In this document: positions 55,244-62,020 of the stretch, in pieces
Layout: each line of letters starts with the position of its first letter
How positions within the stretch are numbered: position 1 is the stretch's first letter
IMG/VR virus record: IMGVR_UViG_3300023082_000008
Coordinates: 64,001 to 126,020 of that record
Origin: a virus
Lineage: Duplodnaviria > Heunggongvirae > Uroviricota > Caudoviricetes
Length of the DNA stretch: 62,020 nt
Strand: one strand, 5' to 3'
Position numbers and translations under genes: made by a program
Notes under the pieces: model-generated
Databases searched by the model: none
What the model saw: the letters and a program-made list of their open reading frames with translations, nothing else
What the model was told of the DNA's origin: nothing

Positions 55244-56019
55244 GTAAGTTGGAGGTAAGCATTCCAATTAGCGACGAGTATTTTAATTTTGATGTGGCTG
55301 GTCTAGGAGATAAACTAGAGGCCGCATATCTTGAACTTGGATATAAGAACACGGGCAAAGCAAAGATTTCATTTGCTCCATCATCTCTCGGGTATGGATC
55401 GGGCAGGTGTGCTCGTAACTGGTATTACAAGTTGACCGGTGGAATCGAACAGAAGGACGACGTAGACGCTCTACAGATTTCAAACATGGAAAATGGCACA
55501 GAGACACACGCTCGTATTCAAAGGATTTTTGAAATCTCAGGCACGTTGATTGAGGCCGAGAGAGAACTTAACACAATGGAAGACAAGGCTCTTCCTCCAA
55601 TTCGTGGTTTTGTTGACTTGATTGTTGATTGGAACGGCGAGGCGGTAGGGGAAATCAAAACAACAAAACAGGAAGCCTTCACTCTAAGAAAGGCAGAGGG
55701 CAAGCCTCTTGACTATCACGTCATTCAGTTGCTCATCTATATGCGTATTCTTGGAATCAACCGAGGCTTTATTCTGTACGAAAATAAGAATACAGGTGAG
55801 TGGCTCATCTTCCCAGTGATGATGACACCTGAGAACGAGCGAATTATCGAGGAGGCATTCGAATGGATGCGAGTCACTTATCAGTCTTATCAAGAAGAGC
55901 AGTTGCCAATGCGCCCATTCGAAAAAAGTTCCAAAGAATGTCTTTATTGCCCGTTCAAGAAATTTTGCTGGAAGGACGAGGCCGGGGTCAACCCCTTGCC
56001 GATTCTGCAAATTACATGA
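55240..56019 (+). CDS. Cas4/RecB-like exonuclease
   Basis: CARNWYY, GTETH, GFVD, EIKT, QLLIY and C-terminal CLYCPFKKFC. Confidence 0.88.
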   Translation: MSKLEVSIPISDEYFNFDVAGLGDKLEAAYLELGYKNTGKAKISFAPSSLGYGSGRCARNWYYKLTGGIEQKDDVDALQISNMENGTETHARIQRIFEISGTLIEAERELNTMEDKALPPIRGFVDLIVDWNGEAVGEIKTTKQEAFTLRKAEGKPLDYHVIQLLIYMRILGINRGFILYENKNTGEWLIFPVMMTPENERIIEEAFEWMRVTYQSYQEEQLPMRPFEKSSKECLYCPFKKFCWKDEAGVNPLPILQIT

Positions 56020-56315
56020 TAGAGGAAACGAGGGTCTGTGCAAAGGATGACTGCGATGTCGTCTTCAAGCCAAAATCCCACAATCAGTGCTATTGCTCTA
56101 AGGCACATCAAAAGATTGAAACTAATCGCAAAATCATGGTCAAGTACTATGAGAAAAAAAGTAGGCTCAAAGGCGATACAAGGATTTGCAACGTATGCAA
56201 CACTACAGAATTAAGTCAATATAATCCGAGTTTAATATGTCGCAGTTGTGAAGTTAAGGCCAGGGAATTAAGGGATCAAAAGGCTCTTGACGAATTGGGT
56301 AAATTTCTAGTATGA
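56016..56315 (+). CDS. Cys-rich hypothetical protein
   Basis: CAKDDC...YCSKAH...CNVC...CRSC. ATGA overlap with the upstream stop. Confidence 0.7.
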   Translation: MIEETRVCAKDDCDVVFKPKSHNQCYCSKAHQKIETNRKIMVKYYEKKSRLKGDTRICNVCNTTELSQYNPSLICRSCEVKARELRDQKALDELGKFLV

Positions 56316-56875
56316 GAGACTGGTCGCAAGTGAAAAAGGTAGCAGGCAAGATCGTTATGGGCTTGGACATTAGCACCAAGTCCATCGCTTTTGCAATCTT
56401 TGACGAGGGAAAGCCGGTACGATGCGGAGAAATCTTCCTCAACGGAGCAGACGAGTACGAACGTGCGCAGGATGCCCGCCTTAAGGTGACAGCCCTTGCA
56501 CAGGCTGGTATACTTAAGGCTGACTACATCGCCATTGAGCGAGCAGTATTTGTAAACAATATGAGCGTGGCTTTGAAATTGGCCACCGTGTTCGGCGCGG
56601 TGGTGGGAAGTTTGCCCGGTAAGGTGTACGGTTTCACTCCCCTAGAGTGGCAAAGTGGCATTGGCAATCCTTCTTACAAAAAGAAGGATAAAGACGCTTT
56701 CAAGTTGGCTCATCCCGACAAGTCAGAAACATGGTACAAGGCTCAGATCAGAGAGATTCGCAAGCAAAAAACTTTGGCTTTTGCTCGTCAGTACTTTTTG
56801 ATCGACAGCGACTCCGATAATGTTGGTGACGCTATTGGTGTCGCTTATTTCTGCGTCTTGGAGAAAGTGCTGTGA
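56312..56875 (+). CDS. ruvC: RuvC-like Holliday junction resolvase
   Basis: MGLDIST, IAIER, DNVGDAIG acidic catalytic motifs. Confidence 0.85.
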   Translation: MRDWSQVKKVAGKIVMGLDISTKSIAFAIFDEGKPVRCGEIFLNGADEYERAQDARLKVTALAQAGILKADYIAIERAVFVNNMSVALKLATVFGAVVGSLPGKVYGFTPLEWQSGIGNPSYKKKDKDAFKLAHPDKSETWYKAQIREIRKQKTLAFARQYFLIDSDSDNVGDAIGVAYFCVLEKVL

Positions 56876-57018
56876 GTAAGCATAGAAGGCTATCTAGACG
56901 CAAGTGTCTGCACCATAATCACCGTACCGGCCAGACTTGGATTCATCAGTTCATGATCAATGTAGGAATGAACAAGAAGTTGTGGTGCGAACGGTGTGGT
57001 AAGGTGTGGATTATATGA
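56872..57018 (+). CDS. 48-aa Cys/His hypothetical protein (not in ORF track)
   Basis: Hand translation MSKHRRLSRRKCLHHNH...WCERCGKVWII. GTGA and ATGA overlaps on both sides. Confidence 0.5.
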   Translation: MSKHRRLSRRKCLHHNHRTGQTWIHQFMINVGMNKKLWCERCGKVWII

Positions 57019-57161
57019 AAGGCCGCTGGTACACTAGTCAGCAATGGTTGGAGCGAAGATTGTACCGAGACGGAAAAACCGTCCAGCAGATTGCAGATGA
57101 GTGTGGAGTCAGCAAGGTAGTTGTGTACAAGTACATAAAGCGTTTTGGAATCCGTACTTAA
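57015..57161 (+). CDS. 48-aa helix-turn-helix protein (not in ORF track)
   Basis: Hand translation MKGRWYTSQQWLERRLYRDGKTVQQIADECGVSKVVVYKYIKRFGIRT. Confidence 0.75.
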   Translation: MKGRWYTSQQWLERRLYRDGKTVQQIADECGVSKVVVYKYIKRFGIRT

Positions 57162-57185
57162 CAAAATCTGTGCTATACTTTGTTT

Positions 57186-57737
57186 ATGACAGGTAAGCCT
57201 CAGCCACCACGCACTAGTGTTGGAGAAAAGTTTGGACAATGGACTGTCGTTGATCCCGGTCCCATTTATTCAAATGGCAGCCAGAACCGAAAGGTATCTT
57301 GTGTTTGCTCATGTGGGGAGAGTGGTCTACCCATGGAGGCGACCTTGCTAGATGGTCGTTCTGTTAGATGCAAGTTGTGCAAGCAACTTCGTCACGGATC
57401 AACTTTGATTAAGGAAAACACTGGTTGGCGAGTTCACATGTACAAATATGTGTATAGTGCACAGAAGAGAAAGATTGATTGGGAGTTAAGCATTGATCAG
57501 TTCATGTCTCTTTGCCAGAGCGACTGCAACTATTGTGGAGCAACGCCGGTACAGCGAGTGATGAACCGTCATACGATTAATGCGAATGGTATCGACCGCG
57601 TAGATTCCGACAAGGGATACGTTGTCGGAAATACAGTACCGTCTTGTGGTCTGTGTAACAAGATGAAGATGAAACTTACTAGGGAAGAGTTCCTAGAGCA
57701 CATTGAGAAAATTTACAGATTTGGAATTAGAACATGA
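57186..57737 (+). CDS. HNH-type homing endonuclease
   Basis: GEKFGQWTV...CVCSCG...CKLC N-terminus and CNYCG...NGIDRVDSDKGYVVGNTVPSCGLCNKMK. Leaderless promoter TGC-TATACT. Confidence 0.85.
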   Translation: MTGKPQPPRTSVGEKFGQWTVVDPGPIYSNGSQNRKVSCVCSCGESGLPMEATLLDGRSVRCKLCKQLRHGSTLIKENTGWRVHMYKYVYSAQKRKIDWELSIDQFMSLCQSDCNYCGATPVQRVMNRHTINANGIDRVDSDKGYVVGNTVPSCGLCNKMKMKLTREEFLEHIEKIYRFGIRT

Positions 57738-58498
57738 TCCCCAGCAAGCGACATGAAATCGAGGCGCTCCCATTTGAGGGTGCGGCGGTAGGAGAACAAC
57801 TTACAAGGGTGCCTTGTCTCGGTGGAGCATTCGATCTATTCCTATACAACACAGACCGATCCCTAACAAATGCTATTGCATCCACAGGTTACTGGGAGTC
57901 ATGGGTGACGGCATGGCACGTCCAAAACATCGGTGAGGGGGATATTTACATTGACCTAGGTGCCAATGCAGGTTACTTCTCGTTCCTTGCCGAAAGCCTA
58001 GGAGCCGTTCCTATTGCCTTTGAGGCCAACCCTCAGTACTGTGCGCTGATGGACAAATCGGCTCTGTACAATGGAGTGGAGTTCTCAGTTTTCAACTGGG
58101 CAGTTTCAGATGAAGAGGGCTCGGTCAAGTTGAATTTTTACGGTGACCACGATGGATCAGCCAGCATTGTTGGACCCGGCTGGGACGGTAAGTCAATGGA
58201 TGTAAAGGCTTGCCGTTTGGACTCATGGAGATTCCCCGCAGGCAAGATGATCGTAAAGATGGATATTGAAGGTGCCGAGGAAAAAGCGTGGGACGGTATG
58301 AACGAATTACTCAAGACTCGCAAGCCTGTCATTATCCTAGAGTACACACCCGGAGCGTACTCAGACGAGTTCTGGGACAAGTTGACGACCTATGGAAAGG
58401 TTTCGAAGTTGAGTTTTGACACATACGAAGAGATGACTTCACGTAAGCACGTGGAGTCTTTGGACGACTGGTGCACATTGGTCGTGCGAGCATGGTAA
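57734..58498 (+). CDS. FkbM-family SAM-dependent methyltransferase
   Basis: IDLGANAGYFS, AFEANP, KMDIEGAE. Confidence 0.88.
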   Translation: MIPSKRHEIEALPFEGAAVGEQLTRVPCLGGAFDLFLYNTDRSLTNAIASTGYWESWVTAWHVQNIGEGDIYIDLGANAGYFSFLAESLGAVPIAFEANPQYCALMDKSALYNGVEFSVFNWAVSDEEGSVKLNFYGDHDGSASIVGPGWDGKSMDVKACRLDSWRFPAGKMIVKMDIEGAEEKAWDGMNELLKTRKPVIILEYTPGAYSDEFWDKLTTYGKVSKLSFDTYEEMTSRKHVESLDDWCTLVVRAW

Positions 58499-59130
58499 CG
58501 ATTAGACCAAGCATGATTGGGCCAGCACACCCATCCTACAAGGCTGAAAACGTTATCATCGGTGTTAGCGGATACGCCCGCGCCGGTAAGGATACAATTG
58601 GTGACATTCTAGTAGAGAAGCACGGATTCACCAAGTTCGCATTCGCAGACAAGTTGCGTGATGTGGTTTACGAATTCAACCCAATGGTGGGTATCGAGGG
58701 CGAGCCTTATGAGGGTGGACTGACAGAGATTGGCGTCAAGGACGTAATCGACCGCTACGGCTGGGACGGATACAAAGAAACCGAATACGGTCCTATCATC
58801 CGTACGTACCTGCAACGCATGGGCACAGAGGTTGGTCGTGAAATGATCAGCGACACGATCTGGGTTGATGAGTTGGCCAAGGTGAGCGGTAGGATCGTAG
58901 TAACAGACATGAGATTCCCTAATGAATATGACAAGGTAAAGTCACTAGGCGGTCATGTATGGCGAGTAGAGCGCCCTAACACTAAGCCTGCTAATCCTCA
59001 TAGGTCAGAGATTGCAATTGACGATAAGGAATTCGATTACATTCTTCACAACGACGCAGAGGTTAATGATTTGGCTCGTTCGGTTGGTTTCATCCTCGAC
59101 TCATACGGAATCACTGGTACTGTGCTATAA
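58492..59130 (+). CDS. deoxynucleoside monophosphate kinase
   Basis: IIGVSGYARAGKDT, FAFADKLR, LQRMGTEVGR, VVTDMRFPNE, HRSE. Confidence 0.9.
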   Translation: MVTIRPSMIGPAHPSYKAENVIIGVSGYARAGKDTIGDILVEKHGFTKFAFADKLRDVVYEFNPMVGIEGEPYEGGLTEIGVKDVIDRYGWDGYKETEYGPIIRTYLQRMGTEVGREMISDTIWVDELAKVSGRIVVTDMRFPNEYDKVKSLGGHVWRVERPNTKPANPHRSEIAIDDKEFDYILHNDAEVNDLARSVGFILDSYGITGTVL

Positions 59131-59138
59131 TTGAAACA

Positions 59139-59678
59139 ATGAATGCTATTGTTCCCGCTGAAACTCATAGATTTGAGGAAGCAAATACAGTTATGGCATG
59201 GTACGGAAAAGGATATAAGCCTTTCCAGATTGCCAAGGAAATGGGCATCAAGCGTGCTCTTGTAGATGAACACATTGCTGAATGGAAAGAGTCCGTTCGT
59301 GATACTTCCTTTATTCGGGATCGAGTCAATGAGCACCTTGCCCAGATGGACGATCACTTTGACGAATTGAATAAACACCTACACTACACGCTTGATGCCA
59401 TTCCAAAGAAAGAAAAAGACGCAGCCCTTCTGGGCCAGCGCACCGCTGCTGTCAAGGCTATCGCAGAGGTCACCACAAAGCGTATCGACGCTTTGCAGAA
59501 AGCAGGTCTACTAGACGCTGCTGATCTTGGTGACGAAATGGCAGAAACGGAAAAGAAAGTTGACGATATCAAGGAACTGTTGAAGTCGCTGATGGGTAAA
59601 GTGTGTCCAGCGGACGCAGTCCTTATTCGTGACGGACTTAACAAATTGTCCAAGGAATCTGTTGCTCTGCCAGAATGA
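59139..59678 (+). CDS. probable terminase small subunit
   Basis: N-terminal HTH-like segment (KGYKPFQIAKEMGIKR) and helical body. Coupled directly to the large terminase. Confidence 0.55.
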   Translation: MNAIVPAETHRFEEANTVMAWYGKGYKPFQIAKEMGIKRALVDEHIAEWKESVRDTSFIRDRVNEHLAQMDDHFDELNKHLHYTLDAIPKKEKDAALLGQRTAAVKAIAEVTTKRIDALQKAGLLDAADLGDEMAETEKKVDDIKELLKSLMGKVCPADAVLIRDGLNKLSKESVALPE

Positions 59679-61474
59679 CAGATGACTTTTTCAATGACAT
59701 TTTCAATACCATCTCGGGTGAAGATTTCGAAGAGCAGCCGGTAGAGATTGAGGAATTTGTACAGGATATCCTACATCACGTACCTCTGAGCCCAAACCAG
59801 TACAAGATCATCAAGGCCTCAAGCCAGATTTACAATCTGAGAACTCTCATCAGTCTGTATGGTGAAGAGCGCGGTAATGCTAGATTTAAAGAAACCTTTA
59901 ACGAAGTAATCTGTGCTCTAGGTAAGGCGTCCGGCAAGGATATGATGGCTCGTATTTCATGTGCTTACGTTATTTACCTCTTACTTTGTCTAAGAGACCC
60001 ACAAGCATACTTTGGCAAGCCTATGAACGATGCCATTGACGTTATGAATATCGCTATTAACGCTGATCAGGCCAACCGAGTTTTCTTCCGTCAGTTCGTT
60101 CAGTTGATCAAGGGTGCTGAATGGTTCAATGGCAAGTACGACGCCAAGCGTGGAGAAATTAATTTTGATAAGAACATCAACCTCGTTTCTGGTCACTCTC
60201 AGTCCGAATCCCTTGAGGGTTACAACGTAATCTTCGTTGTTCTGGATGAGATTTCAGGTTTCTCTGAAAATTCTGATTCAGGAAACAAAAAGGCTGTTAC
60301 GTCAGCCTCAGTTTACAATATGCACCGTGCATCCGTAGACTCTCGATTCCCGGTTGAAGGAAAAGTTATTTTGCTATCTTTCCCTCGCTATGAAAACGAC
60401 TTTATCACCCAGCGCTACGAGGACGTAGTGCAAGATAAGGTTGTCACAGTAAAGTCTCATACATTCAAGCGTGACCCTGAACTACCGGACGGCACCGAGG
60501 GTAACGAGTTTACTGTAGAGTGGGAAGAGGACACAATCCTCCGCTACAAGTATCCAAAGATGTTTGCACTCAAGTTGCCAACATGGGAAGTAAACCCAAC
60601 GCGTACTATTGATATGTTCACGCGTAACTTTGATGCAAATGTCGTTGACGCCTTGGCTCGTTTCGCGGCCCAGCCCTCAAAAGGTGGTGACGATGCCGTA
60701 TTCAAGAATCATGCGGCAATTGACGAATCGTTCGTTGCAACCAACGGTGTTGACAAGGATGGTATCTTCTGGGACGGTATGAAGCCAGACCCAACCAAGG
60801 AATACTTCATCCACGTCGACCTCGCACAAAAGCACGACCGCTGTGCTGTGGCCATGGCTCACGTAGAAAAGTTTGTTACCATTCAACTAGGTGGCTCTAA
60901 GATGCGTGAGATTCACCCAACGGTCAAGGTGGACGCGGTACGCTACTGGCAGCCTACCTCAGACATGACGGTAGACTTCAAATGGGTAACAGACTATATC
61001 AATCAACTCCGCGTTAGAGGTTTCAACATCCGGTTAACCACGTTCGACCGTTGGAACAGCCACGACACTCGAAACTTCCTAGAGTCGCGCGGTATGAAGA
61101 CAGACAACCTCTCAGTAGGCAACGATCACTATACTGATTTCATTTCAATCCTATATGATCAAAGACTCGTTGGCCCAGACTTGGAAGAACTGGTAGATGA
61201 AATGAAGAAGTTGCGTTGGATTAAGGGAAAGGTTGACCACGACCGTGACGGATTCAAGGACTTGTCAGATGCGACCTGTGGTGCTATATTCAATGCTGTG
61301 AAGCACACAGCACGACCTCGAAATAACACGGTGGAGGTTCATACCCTTCGCGATTTGTACCGCAAAGAACGTGAGTCTATCCACACTCAAGGCACCAACG
61401 TGATTGAAGCCCCACGCGGAGACACAGAGACCATGCCCGAGTCACTCAAGAACTGGCTCGGACGCGTTCTTTGA
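59675..61474 (+). CDS. terminase large subunit
   Basis: GKASGKD Walker A, VVLDEISG Walker B, LLSFPR, IHVDLAQKHD nuclease motif, KDLSDA. Confidence 0.9.
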   Translation: MTDDFFNDIFNTISGEDFEEQPVEIEEFVQDILHHVPLSPNQYKIIKASSQIYNLRTLISLYGEERGNARFKETFNEVICALGKASGKDMMARISCAYVIYLLLCLRDPQAYFGKPMNDAIDVMNIAINADQANRVFFRQFVQLIKGAEWFNGKYDAKRGEINFDKNINLVSGHSQSESLEGYNVIFVVLDEISGFSENSDSGNKKAVTSASVYNMHRASVDSRFPVEGKVILLSFPRYENDFITQRYEDVVQDKVVTVKSHTFKRDPELPDGTEGNEFTVEWEEDTILRYKYPKMFALKLPTWEVNPTRTIDMFTRNFDANVVDALARFAAQPSKGGDDAVFKNHAAIDESFVATNGVDKDGIFWDGMKPDPTKEYFIHVDLAQKHDRCAVAMAHVEKFVTIQLGGSKMREIHPTVKVDAVRYWQPTSDMTVDFKWVTDYINQLRVRGFNIRLTTFDRWNSHDTRNFLESRGMKTDNLSVGNDHYTDFISILYDQRLVGPDLEELVDEMKKLRWIKGKVDHDRDGFKDLSDATCGAIFNAVKHTARPRNNTVEVHTLRDLYRKERESIHTQGTNVIEAPRGDTETMPESLKNWLGRVL

Positions 61475-61499
61475 CATCCATGCCAAGGAAAGGTATACT
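61471..61499 (+). promoter_or_regulatory. near-consensus promoter whose -35 contains the terminase stop codon
   Basis: TTGACA-17 nt-TATACT, then 6 nt, then ATG 61506. Confidence 0.8.
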
Positions 61500-61505
61500 A
61501 GAGCC

Positions 61506-62020
61506 ATGACAAAATTATTCGTTCCACGCAGCGAACTCGTTGACGCCCTGGTCACACGAGACGGTTTGATTTGTCAGCACCCTGATTGTGGGCGCTCTCT
61601 TAGTCTTGCTGAGCCCGAGGGTCCGCTCCAAGTCACCGTCGATCACACCGAGCCTCAGGTTTGGTGTCGTGATAACGGTTGGACAGATGAGCAGATTTGG
61701 GCTCTTGACAATTTGACTCTTATGCACAAGAAGTGCAATGCAGACAAGGGCAGCCGTCGCTACATTGCGCCCGGTATCCTTGAGCCAAAGCCTGTCAACC
61801 GCCTCAAGTTCCGTAGGGACAAGGTGGCTCAGCGTCCAGAGGTATGTACCAAGTGTACTGCCGGTCGAGACCTTGGCCCAAACGAGGTGTGTGCGGCTTG
61901 TGGCTCTGGCCCTATGCCTGCAAGGTTCCCTCGCTGGGCAAAGGTTCCCTCCAAGGAATGCGACCACGAATTGTTTTGGTGCTGGCTATGCTCTTCTGGC
62001 CTTACCGAGCGTGTAGGTGC
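61506..62020 (+). CDS. HNH endonuclease with Cys-rich C-terminus (3' end runs off the window; absent from the ORF track)
   Basis: Hand translation MTKLFVPRSELVDALVTRDGLICQHPDCG...VTVDHTEP...NLTLMHKKCNADKG...CTKC...CAACG...CDH...CWLC, open to the window end. Confidence 0.85.
   Translation, partial: MTKLFVPRSELVDALVTRDGLICQHPDCGRSLSLAEPEGPLQVTVDHTEPQVWCRDNGWTDEQIWALDNLTLMHKKCNADKGSRRYIAPGILEPKPVNRLKFRRDKVAQRPEVCTKCTAGRDLGPNEVCAACGSGPMPARFPRWAKVPSKECDHELFWCWLCSSGLTERVG

Noticed and set aside
55240-56019. Cas4-like gene as part of a CRISPR system
   Set aside because: No array or other cas genes. Stand-alone Cas4/RecB-like exonucleases are common in phage recombination modules.
57174-57195. Start-sequestering hairpin for the 57186 HNH
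   Set aside because: Only about 7 bp with a wobble and a bulge. Too weak to claim, though the geometry matches the other cases.
4301-61474. Inteins or introns in NrdJ, DnaB, DnaE, RecA and terminase
   Set aside because: All have ordinary lengths and contiguous motifs. No intein termini or LAGLIDADG blocks were seen.
10567-61967. Numerous minus-strand ORFs under the rightward genes (for example 10567-11124, 12348-12995, 61515-61967)
   Set aside because: Antisense shadows of well-supported genes, with no motifs or expression signals.
1-62020. tRNA genes, integrase or attP
   Set aside because: No T-loop/CCA cloverleaf or recombinase motifs were seen by eye. They may lie outside the window.

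Overview
The whole window is one continuous stretch of a large siphovirus genome, most likely infecting Actinobacteria. The evidence is the DnaE-type polymerase, class II RNR with NrdH, ThyX, an r1t-like holin, a GGGAAAC tail-chaperone frameshift and many leaderless promoters. The gene order resembles Streptomyces cluster BE/BK-type phages (inference, no search run). Layout: a short leftward nucleotide-metabolism block (partial thyX, HIT, small ORFs); a ~500-bp ORF-free region; then one rightward run covering glycosyltransferase, Ig-like protein, nrdH/nrdJ, endolysin, EEP nuclease/phosphatase, LamG protein, portal, protease/scaffold, capsid, head-tail, tail, tape measure, two very large tail proteins (1694 and 2956 aa), holin, replication/recombination genes and terminase. 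Five HNH genes are present. I found no integrase, tRNA, CRISPR array, reverse transcriptase or intein. The most interesting signals lie outside the ORF track. (1) A perfectly spaced promoter drives a ~400-nt ORF-free transcript with crossing helices, a candidate large ncRNA, which ends at three GNA-triloop DNA hairpins. (2) A second promoter-to-terminator ~150-nt structured RNA candidate and a ~60-nt one share a 9-mer. (3) A recurrent 'promoter-inside-the-hairpin' arrangement would block translation of the holin and two HNH genes from read-through mRNA. (4) The tape measure, DnaE and probably the tail chaperone appear to lack a canonical start at the position set by the Shine-Dalgarno site (AUU, GUU, AUC). 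(5) About 14 leaderless promoters occur, five of them built from the upstream gene's stop codon. (6) There are tandem SSB-like paralogs and an apparent absence of the tetramer AGCT. All structure, motif and k-mer statements were made by eye and need computational confirmation.
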